IMG/VR virus record: IMGVR_UViG_3300042691_050360
Span: 102,523 to 166,522 of that record
From: a virus
Reading direction: 5' to 3' (one strand)
DNA: 64,000 bases
In this document: piece after piece, positions 1 to 6,458 of the stretch
Position numbering within the stretch: position 1 is the stretch's first letter
How the letters are laid out: each line of letters opens with the position of its first letter
Translations under genes and position numbers: made by a program
The notes under the pieces: model-generated
Told to the model about the DNA's origin: nothing
What the model saw: only the letters and a program-made list of their open reading frames with translations
Database searches by the model: none

Positions 1-58
1 TCGAGTATGTTGACACTTGTTTCGCTAATTCTAGAAATCTTCTATCCCACTTGTTCAT
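1..58 (-). CDS. 5' end of a probable dCMP deaminase (runs off the window)
   Basis: Not in the ORF track. The minus strand from the ATG at 58 reads MNKWDRRFLELAKQVSTYS, a typical dCMP deaminase N-terminus. It has an ATGA overlap with the stop of 55..243. Only 19 codons are visible. Confidence 0.55.
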   Translation of the reverse strand, partial: MNKWDRRFLELAKQVSTYS

Positions 59-243
59 AACTTTACTCCAATTTTCACCCCAATTAAAGCAGGTGACCAT
101 GAATCATCAGGGTATTGTGTTTTTTCTTGGAAATCATACACTTCTGTGATTGAATATCTTTCATTATCAAATTCGACAAAAATTTCATCTTCATCAAGCC
201 AATCTAAATCATTTAATTTTTCACGCATTTCCTTAACTGTCAT
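55..243 (-). CDS. small acidic hypothetical phage protein (62 aa)
   Basis: Starts MTVKEMREKL, typical of small phage proteins. Preceded by the recurring CGTATAA motif and translationally coupled to the next gene. Confidence 0.8.
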   Translation of the reverse strand: MTVKEMREKLNDLDWLDEDEIFVEFDNERYSITEVYDFQEKTQYPDDSWSPALIGVKIGVKL

Positions 244-299
244 AACTTTTTATACGCTTTAGATGGAGGTTTTTCGGGCAAAAATAGGAAATTCAGATT

Positions 300-632
300 G
301 TGTGGTATAGGTATTCACAACAGCAAATTCTACCTCCAGTCCATGAAGGTTGCCATTGCTATATAGAAACCCTTCCCAGCGGAAACACAATCTGGCAATT
401 TTCTGGAAATACTTGTGACACCTGCAAGGCACTAGCTAGAGAATATAACAGCAAGCAAAACTCAATAATTAATGAGCCAGCCCAAATAGATCCAGTTATT
501 CCTGAGCCACCAGCTGTCATGGAAGATCCTGTGGAGCAACCTGAAGAAGAACCAGTAGCAGAAGATCCCACCACCCAGCCTATGCTATTTAGAAATCTCA
601 GATATACACCTAAAAAGTTTTACAATCTATAG
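300..632 (+). CDS. hypothetical protein with a minor-head-protein-like Cys/His motif and an acidic Pro-rich tail
   Basis: PPVHEGCHC plus CDTC resembles the PPxHPNCRC and CxxC motifs of MuF/gp7-type minor head proteins. GTG start. Confidence 0.6.
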   Translation: MWYRYSQQQILPPVHEGCHCYIETLPSGNTIWQFSGNTCDTCKALAREYNSKQNSIINEPAQIDPVIPEPPAVMEDPVEQPEEEPVAEDPTTQPMLFRNLRYTPKKFYNL

Positions 633-643
633 TTTGTCAAATT

Positions 644-904
644 TTAATTCTTTTCGCCGCCAAAAAGTTCTATATACTCCGGGTATTCGTCGAGCTTAGA
701 CCTTAAAATATGCAATCTCGCCCGCGACTCTTCAATTGTCTTCACATTCAGAACTTCTTGCAAGGCAGCCCTGAGCCTTTGATCATTCACGATTAGCCTC
801 CAATTATCTTTGTATTGCGGAAATAAGAGTTGCTCAAGGATCTTAGTGACACTTTCATCCTCAGATAGTGTTCTTTTTCTGTCGTAAAATTCTTCTCTTG
901 TCAT
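644..904 (-). CDS. hypothetical protein (86 aa, MTREEFYDRK...)
   Basis: The ORF-track call 644..994 overlaps tRNA-Ala. The ATG at 904 lies at the standard distance from a CGTATAT motif (917-911). Confidence 0.7.
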   Translation of the reverse strand: MTREEFYDRKRTLSEDESVTKILEQLLFPQYKDNWRLIVNDQRLRAALQEVLNVKTIEESRARLHILRSKLDEYPEYIELFGGEKN

Positions 905-932
905 ATTTTTATATACGAATCCAGATTGTGTT

Positions 933-1009
933 TGGTGGAGCCGACGGGGTTCGAACCCGCAAGACTTCTGATTGCAAATCAGACGCTTTCCCAAATAAGC
1001 TTCGGCCCC
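933..1009 (-). tRNA. tRNA-Ala(UGC)
   Basis: Acceptor GGGGCCG/CGGCTCC with G3:U70; anticodon arm TCTGA-TT TGC AA-TCAGA; T-loop TTCGAAC; A73 and encoded CCA. Confidence 0.95.
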
Positions 1010-1015
1010 GAAAAC

Positions 1016-1092
1016 TGGTCAGTTAGGTGAGATTTGAACTCACACACCTTTGAGTCACAATCAAAGGGCTCTACCATTTAAGCTACTAACTT
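1016..1092 (-). tRNA. tRNA-His(GUG), atypical
   Basis: Anticodon arm TTTGA-TT GTG AC-TCAAA; T-arm GTGAG-TTCAAAT-CTCAC; CCA end. A1:G72 mismatch, A73 and no encoded G-1. Confidence 0.85.
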
Positions 1093-1095
1093 GTG

Positions 1096-1172
1096 TGGTG
1101 TCGTGTGAAAGACTCGAACTTTCAAATTTCAGGTTCTCAACCTGTTGCCTCTACCAATTTGGCTAACACGAC
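1096..1172 (-). tRNA. tRNA-Leu(GAG) with a short variable loop
   Basis: Acceptor GTCGTGT/ACACGAC; 3-bp D-stem GCC/GGC; anticodon CAGG-TT GAG AA-CCTG; T-arm GAAAG-TTCGAGT-CTTTC; A73-CCA. Confidence 0.9.
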
Positions 1173-1175
1173 GTT

Positions 1176-1255
1176 TGGTACCAGCGGCGAGATTCGAACT
1201 CGCAAAAGCTACGGTTCTAAACCGTATTGTTGTACCATTCACTTGCCACGCTGGT
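1176..1255 (-). tRNA. tRNA-Leu(UAG) with a short variable loop and a weak D-arm
   Basis: Acceptor ACCAGCG/CGCTGGT; anticodon arm TACGG-TT TAG AA-CCGTA; T-arm GCGAG-TTCGAAT-CTCGC; A73-CCA. Confidence 0.85.
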
Positions 1256-1263
1256 AGAAATCT

Positions 1264-1348
1264 TGGTGGAGACAGTAGGACTCGAACCTACGAACCGATT
1301 AAAGCACTGGGTTACAGCCAGTTGTAATTGCCGCTATACGATGTCTCC
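1264..1348 (-). tRNA. tRNA-Tyr(GUA)
   Basis: Acceptor GGAGACA/TGTCTCC; anticodon arm ACTGG-CT GTA AC-CCAGT; long variable region; T-loop TTCGAGT; A73-CCA. Confidence 0.95.
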
Positions 1349-1357
1349 AGAAAAACT

Positions 1358-1436
1358 TGGTCTGCGTGACAAGATTCGAACTTGTGTGCTTGACCTCCCA
1401 AGGGCCACGAGGTAGACCAGACTCCTCAACACGCAG
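1358..1436 (-). tRNA. tRNA-Pro(UGG)
   Basis: Acceptor CTGCGTG/CACGCAG with C1:G72 and A73; anticodon arm TGGCC-CT TGG GA-GGTCA; T-loop TTCGAAT; CCA. Confidence 0.95.
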
Positions 1437-1445
1437 ATAAATTTT

Positions 1446-1526
1446 TGGCTGGATGAAGGTCGTCCTTAGTCATCCACTTACGGGTCACCACTTTGGAGAG
1501 TTTGATTTCAACCCTGGCACCACCCC
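1446..1526 (-). ncRNA. unclassified GC-rich structured element ending in GCCA (possible degenerate tRNA or tRNA-like RNA)
   Basis: Occupies the first slot of the tRNA array and ends ...TCATCCA-G-CCA. It has hairpins TGGATG/CATCCA and AGGGTT/AACTCT but no TTCRA T-loop. Confidence 0.3.
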
Positions 1527-1549
1527 GATATTTAATTGTCAATGTTCGT

Positions 1550-1590
1550 AAAAGAAAAACCCCCGAAAGATTTTAGTCCTTCGGGGGTTT
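1550..1590 (-). terminator. intrinsic terminator (attenuator 3:4 hairpin) upstream of the tRNA array
   Basis: 14-bp stem AAACCCCCGAAGGA/TCTTTCGGGGGTTT with one G:U pair, a 6-nt loop, and a TTTTTCTTTT tract. Confidence 0.9.
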
Positions 1591-1616
1591 GCAGCTTGTC
1601 GATACGCAACGAGCCA

Positions 1617-1670
1617 CTACCCCGAAGAGGGGGCGAGTGCTGGATATAGATGGCTGAGCGTATTGATCAT
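1617..1670 (-). CDS. attenuator leader peptide MINTLSHLYPALAPSSG (17 aa)
   Basis: ATG ATC AAT ACG CTC AGC CAT CTA TAT CCA GCA CTC GCC CCC TCT TCG GGG TAG. An AGGA SD lies 8 nt upstream. Codons 7-12 match the six downstream tRNAs, and the 3' end is complementary to the terminator 5' arm. Confidence 0.85.
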   Translation of the reverse strand: MINTLSHLYPALAPSSG

Positions 1671-1703
1671 TTTTGTGTTCCTAAATTGTTTTACAAGAGT
1701 TAA

Positions 1704-1730
1704 GACGATTATTCCTCTAAGAAAGTTTCA
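1704..1730 (-). promoter_or_regulatory. candidate ECF-sigma-type promoter TGAAAC-N17-CGTC for the leader/tRNA operon
   Basis: TGAAAC at 1730-1725, a 17-nt spacer, and CGTC at 1707-1704. This matches the Bacillus SigM/SigW/SigX-type consensus. An alternative TGTAAAAC motif lies at 1695-1688. Confidence 0.45.
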
Positions 1731-1736
1731 TCTTTT

Positions 1737-2660
1737 TTATTTTTTTCTAATTTTTTTCACAAGTTCGATAGGTTTTTTTTTAATTAGTTTACTTACTCTC
1801 GCGTCATTGTCAGAAACCTGCGGGTTGTTAGCATTTAAAAATTGTGAAAATGGAAGTTTTTTAATTTGTGCAAGATTGTGAATTTTGATTTCTCTTTGTG
1901 CCTTTTTTTGAATTTTTTTCAAAAAATTAAAAACAGGTTTAGTGTGCGAAATTTTTTGAAAAATCACTTCTTTGTACTGGGTTGGAAAAATGATTGTTTC
2001 CCTGTATGAATAAATTCCCCCGACATTTATTTTAAAATTGCCTTTAATATCTTCAAAAATCCAATCTTTATCAATGAATGATCGAGCATTTTTTTCTAAT
2101 TTACTCCACTCTTTTTCACCTTTCATTATAAAAGGATACTTGAATCTGCCAAAAGTTAAAAAATTGAGTTCATCTTCACTGATTTTATTATTTTTCATCA
2201 ACTTTTTTCGACTGAATTTACTTAAATTCGATACTTTTTCTTGAAAATATTCATCAGTTATGAAATTTGCCTCCTCACCCCCAATCCTCGTGAAAAAAGG
2301 TCCTTCAATGGCATATAGTTTACTAACCCAATTATTTACTTTGATCAAAGTTGCAATTTTTTTATCATATAAGTATTCTTGTAAAGTTTTTTTATTTTTG
2401 GTTTCAGGTATGCGTGAATCTAAAAATGAATTAAATTCGCCGCTGACTTCTATACTATGACTGAAATTTGCTAATGCAAGCATTTCTTCTTTATATAATT
2501 CACCACTGAAGCCATCTATTATTTCTGGTATTCCAGACAGTTCAGATTCTAAGTAAATAATTCTTTTTTCTGTTTCAGCAAGCACTTCAGATTTTGTTGA
2601 AATATTTTTTTTGCTTTGTCTTTTTTTTGCTGCTTTTTCCTCAAACACAATTTCGCTCAT
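1737..2660 (-). CDS. Lys-rich hypothetical protein (307 aa)
   Basis: Long, very AT-rich ORF with a TGTATAAA motif 14 nt before the ATG. No recognisable domain. Confidence 0.75.
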   Translation of the reverse strand: MSEIVFEEKAAKKRQSKKNISTKSEVLAETEKRIIYLESELSGIPEIIDGFSGELYKEEMLALANFSHSIEVSGEFNSFLDSRIPETKNKKTLQEYLYDKKIATLIKVNNWVSKLYAIEGPFFTRIGGEEANFITDEYFQEKVSNLSKFSRKKLMKNNKISEDELNFLTFGRFKYPFIMKGEKEWSKLEKNARSFIDKDWIFEDIKGNFKINVGGIYSYRETIIFPTQYKEVIFQKISHTKPVFNFLKKIQKKAQREIKIHNLAQIKKLPFSQFLNANNPQVSDNDARVSKLIKKKPIELVKKIRKK

Positions 2661-2710
2661 ATGTTATTTATACACAATTGCAAAAATGCATGGAAAAAAG
2701 TTTCATCTTT

Positions 2711-4216
2711 TTAAATATTTTTTAAAAACTTTTTCCAACCAGGCCATTCTGATTTATAGATTGAGTGAGGATTGGCTGGAATATAAGATGGTTTGCCTTT
2801 TCTTTTGACTAGCCAATCTTCGCCAGAAGCCACCCCATTTTCTATCATCCATTTCTTGCAATCTTCATAGCTGACAAAAACAGCCTTCTTAGATTGCACC
2901 TTATTCGTACCAAGAAAATCTCCCCAAGAAACCCATCCGTTGTTTTTGTAAGATATATTTGGCTCAAAAGGAACTCCTAGCGGCCTCTTATCCTTCAATC
3001 CTTTAAAATCTTTGACAGATTGTAAACCTAAATCTCTAATAATAGCTCTTGCCTCTTCGAAGCTTAGAAAGTTTCTGTTGACTGCCGCCTTTCTTTCAAG
3101 TAGTAAATCTACAGCGATTCCATAATATGCTAAAGCGTTCACGAGCTCTATTTCAAGATTGTGTTTGTAGGTGATTTCAACCAATGGAATATTGTTTTGC
3201 TCACAATAATCCTTTTTGATTTTGTCTCTTTTCTGTGTTTGTTTCATGGCCTCTTCTCCGCCATAAAACTCCACAGGCACGAAATGCTGAATTCCATGAA
3301 ACTCAATAAGCAATCTAACTTTTTGGTCTTCATCCATAATTGCAATATCAAACGGCAATGGCCTTAAATCAACACAATCTGAAAATGTGTATTGATGCAG
3401 ATGCTTGATATCGTTTGACGCCAGGATGCTACTGATCGTTTTCTCGCCCACACTAACATTTCTCTGATACCCAAGAAACTCGGGCCATCCCTCAAATTCT
3501 GGGTAGATCTCCCAAGGGTGCGACGGTACAGGTGTTGTTTTTTTATTTTGCGTGATCCATTTTTGAAATTCCATAATGGAATTTAATTTCAAGGAGTGGA
3601 CAAACTTTATGCATTCTTCAAAAGATAAGTATTCTTTAAAATGGTAATTTCCATTACCTAGGAAATCACCCATAGAAACGAAATCCACACCGTAAGTCTT
3701 TCTAGGAGACGCAGGTATATTATCCGGCCTTTCACTGGTTTTCACCCAGTCGTAGAATTCCCCCTCGTTGGTAAAGTTAAATTGAGATAGATACTCCTTG
3801 GCTTCTGAGTAATTCAGGAAGTTTTGATGCTTAGTGATATCCGCCACCCTATCTGTCCTGAAGAAAGCTCCCCATGATTTCCACTCTTCCATATAGGTCT
3901 TATCAGGCCTCGTTGGAACCAAGCTGTTTAGCTTAAGTTTCCGCCAAGATTCAAATTTTTCTTTTGAGTTTATTCCTTCCCTGAGTAAATAATCACTGCA
4001 CTCCGCATATGTCAAGAATTGCTTATCTTTTGCCGCTATATTTCCATTTCCTAGAAAATCGGGCCAGTTCAGGAACTCAACATAATCCCTATTTGGATTC
4101 CTCGGGATGCCAGATGGGATCTTCCCGTCTTTGAACAAAGAATAATACTCTTTGACCGATTTTATTTTCAGATTGTGTATGATGGATTTTGCTTTTTCAA
4201 ATTCTAAATACTGCAT
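2711..4216 (-). CDS. putative homing endonuclease: Vsr/DUF559-like nuclease domain flanked by six integrase-repeat-like units
   Basis: Central motif SVGEKTISSIL...PFDIAI...LIEFHGIQHF...RDKIKKDYCEQNNIPLVEITY. Six units of about 65 aa of the form FL(S/T)(F/Y)EEA...P..IP..P...Y...W..W.DFLG, four before and two after the nuclease. Confidence 0.7.
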   Translation of the reverse strand: MQYLEFEKAKSIIHNLKIKSVKEYYSLFKDGKIPSGIPRNPNRDYVEFLNWPDFLGNGNIAAKDKQFLTYAECSDYLLREGINSKEKFESWRKLKLNSLVPTRPDKTYMEEWKSWGAFFRTDRVADITKHQNFLNYSEAKEYLSQFNFTNEGEFYDWVKTSERPDNIPASPRKTYGVDFVSMGDFLGNGNYHFKEYLSFEECIKFVHSLKLNSIMEFQKWITQNKKTTPVPSHPWEIYPEFEGWPEFLGYQRNVSVGEKTISSILASNDIKHLHQYTFSDCVDLRPLPFDIAIMDEDQKVRLLIEFHGIQHFVPVEFYGGEEAMKQTQKRDKIKKDYCEQNNIPLVEITYKHNLEIELVNALAYYGIAVDLLLERKAAVNRNFLSFEEARAIIRDLGLQSVKDFKGLKDKRPLGVPFEPNISYKNNGWVSWGDFLGTNKVQSKKAVFVSYEDCKKWMIENGVASGEDWLVKRKGKPSYIPANPHSIYKSEWPGWKKFLKNI

Positions 4217-4314
4217 ATTTATATATACGCTTTAAAATCTAAAAACACTTTTCCATGAATGTGTTTTTTAAAAAAAAATATGAAAAAAGTTTTTTATTTC
4301 AAATTTGAACCTGA

Positions 4315-6378
4315 TTACGAGGCTCCTCCCTTCCACAGCATTCTGAACATCCTGCTACGTCCGCCCGGCATAGCATACTCTGGAACTGTGATCGATCCCA
4401 TAATCGGTCTGACCGCAATCGGAAGCTTCTTGAGAAGCTCGTTAAATTCTTCCTTATACATATCTGCCGTGGTCTTGAGATTAGCTACAGCATCATACGA
4501 ACCACTATCTGGATCCATAACTAATAATCTTCGCTCTCTCTGGTTCAGTCCAACAATAAGCTGTCTTAAGAGGTAGTATGTCGCTCCAGATACCAGTGCT
4601 TGATCATACCAGAATGGCACACCGGCCACGGAGCTCATTTTATTTGTGCCAGGTTGAGAATTGATTGCTTGAAGGGCTAGATACAGTGCATTATTGATTT
4701 GCGTGTTCGTGAACATCTTGACATAATATGTCACTAAGATTGTGTCATATTCTTGTAGGCTCACAGGTTCGCCTAGTGAGTTGAAGAACATTAGTACACC
4801 TTGGTTATTGAATCTGTAGAATAGGCCACTAGGGTAGTTATCTAGTAATGAGCTTGGTGCACTAAAAGGGTCGCTAAGCGATTGGTCTAGGCTATTATAG
4901 AACCCTGTGTATGGATTGAGGACAAACATTGGTGATCTTTGCCCGTTGTTTGTCGAGCATGTTATTCTAACTTGCGGTGCTGGGTCTGTAACAATATCGC
5001 CGTAGGCAAGTTGAGCACTTGTTCTGTTATATCCAAATAATGGTTCTTCGTCATAAATCGGAACTCTAAGTAGTGCATTGAGTTCATATAGAACTGACGA
5101 CTTAAGCAAAAGCTCATCTCCGATTGTTGGCGGAATGGGGATAACGCTTGAGTAGTCAAGATTGGTTTGGACTATATAATAGACATCTGCTGGATTACCT
5201 TGACCATCTATGTATTCATTTAGCGGAGCTTGCACTGATGCAAGGAATGTCAATGCCGTAGGTATGTATGTTATTCGATTATTTCGGTCAATGACCATGA
5301 TATTGAATTCATTGTCTTCCGCCACACCAATCGGTGTATCAAATTGTTGATATCCCACTCCTTGAGAGCCTACGCGGTTTGTCACTTGTCCTGAGATGGA
5401 GCTAGATTGATCCGTAGACACAATCTGGTAACCCACGCCATTAAATCCGTATGTGTCTGTATTCACTGTTAGATTGGCACTAGCGATCACGCTTACATTA
5501 CTATTGTATGTATCCGTGGCTACAATGATACCGAAGTGATTATAGATAATATTAGACCAAACAGAATCTTGCGTAGGTGCCATCACATAATTGTTTGACC
5601 ATTGCGATGAGTTATTTCCGAGCGAAATATCACCATCATAAGCCCATTCGTAGACATTGTTCAGATTATCATATGCGGCAATTTTGGAGCTATCGTAGCA
5701 AGCAATTCCAATTAGTGTGGCTCCGCCTTCCACTCCATTGGTTGTGTTGATAATTTGCCCTCTGTTGCTTGTATTGAGAATGAAATTGCCGGTATATCCG
5801 CATCCATAAACTCCACCACCATATGTCAGGTAGACATTGTTATCATCCACTTCGATATATGAATTTGTGTAAATCCCAACGCTCAGTCCAGTGATATCGT
5901 TGTAATTTATTGTCTTGACATAATTTAGTGTAGACACTCCGTAGTTATATATTCTTGCTTGATTGGCTTGATCGTATCCGAGAAGTAGATACTCTGTAGA
6001 CCCTATTCCATATACTTTCAGGGTGTTGGGGAGAAATGCGGGCAAAGTTCCACCGGTGCTATTTGTGCTAAATATGGTGTTGAAATTCTCTTGTTGCTTT
6101 CTATAAACTACAAACTGGCTTTGAGTCATTAGGTAGTTGTATGTAGATCCTGCACCGATAGCAACTGGTCTTGTTAGTCTTTGTGTGGTTCCGCTCGTGG
6201 AGAGTGATGATACAACCAGGGGAAATCTGTAACCCGAGTTATCTATGCCTTTGAATATTAAAGATTGTGTAGTTGCATAGTTTATATTTGGATCCCACGA
6301 TACATACACGCCGGGGTTCCCGTGCGAATTATTGTATAGCCCAATTAGACCCTGTTGATATGGAACTGCACTTGGCAT
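4315..6378 (-). CDS. virion structural protein, possible head-tail adaptor/neck protein with NHL-like repeat
   Basis: Beta-rich N-terminus with an NHL-like segment (GSQGVGYQQFDTPIGVAED...DRNNRI). The helical C-terminus (FTNTQINNALYLALQAINSQP...ATYYLL...YKEEFNELLKKLP) resembles adaptor proteins. Confidence 0.5.
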   Translation of the reverse strand: MPSAVPYQQGLIGLYNNSHGNPGVYVSWDPNINYATTQSLIFKGIDNSGYRFPLVVSSLSTSGTTQRLTRPVAIGAGSTYNYLMTQSQFVVYRKQQENFNTIFSTNSTGGTLPAFLPNTLKVYGIGSTEYLLLGYDQANQARIYNYGVSTLNYVKTINYNDITGLSVGIYTNSYIEVDDNNVYLTYGGGVYGCGYTGNFILNTSNRGQIINTTNGVEGGATLIGIACYDSSKIAAYDNLNNVYEWAYDGDISLGNNSSQWSNNYVMAPTQDSVWSNIIYNHFGIIVATDTYNSNVSVIASANLTVNTDTYGFNGVGYQIVSTDQSSSISGQVTNRVGSQGVGYQQFDTPIGVAEDNEFNIMVIDRNNRITYIPTALTFLASVQAPLNEYIDGQGNPADVYYIVQTNLDYSSVIPIPPTIGDELLLKSSVLYELNALLRVPIYDEEPLFGYNRTSAQLAYGDIVTDPAPQVRITCSTNNGQRSPMFVLNPYTGFYNSLDQSLSDPFSAPSSLLDNYPSGLFYRFNNQGVLMFFNSLGEPVSLQEYDTILVTYYVKMFTNTQINNALYLALQAINSQPGTNKMSSVAGVPFWYDQALVSGATYYLLRQLIVGLNQRERRLLVMDPDSGSYDAVANLKTTADMYKEEFNELLKKLPIAVRPIMGSITVPEYAMPGGRSRMFRMLWKGGAS

Positions 6379-6397
6379 AATATAACTTTACGGGATC

Positions 6398-6434
6398 AAC
6401 AAAGAAACCCCTGTCCTTATGGGAGCAGGGGTTT
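6398..6434 (-). terminator. intrinsic terminator after 6459..7277
   Basis: AAACCCCTG...CAGGGGTTT stem followed on the minus strand by CTTTGTT. Confidence 0.75.
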
Positions 6435-6458
6435 ATGGATCTTCGGGATTAACTTTAA

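Larger units (their letters stand above)
1550..1682 (-). promoter_or_regulatory. ribosome-dependent transcription attenuator of the tRNA operon
   Basis: Alternative helices: 1:2 CACT-C-GCCCC/GGGGT-AGTG (1639-1615); 2:3 CTTCGGGG (1627-1620) with CCCCGAAG (1586-1579); 3:4 terminator (1590-1550). Confidence 0.8.

Noticed and set aside
905-994. N-terminal extension of ORF 644..994
   Set aside because: It overlaps tRNA-Ala, and the promoter motif supports the ATG at 904.
1145-1415. Plus-strand ORFs 1145..1327 and 1227..1415
   Set aside because: They are antisense shadows of well-formed tRNA genes.
1510-1530. GGTGGTGCC resembling a T-box antiterminator
   Set aside because: It lies downstream of the terminator, deviates from TGGNACC, and has no stem I or specifier loop.
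1537-1542. TTGACA on the minus strand just downstream of the attenuator, as a separate tRNA promoter
   Set aside because: The hexamer 17 nt downstream is TGCCAG, with no credible -10. TSS mapping is still needed to exclude it fully.
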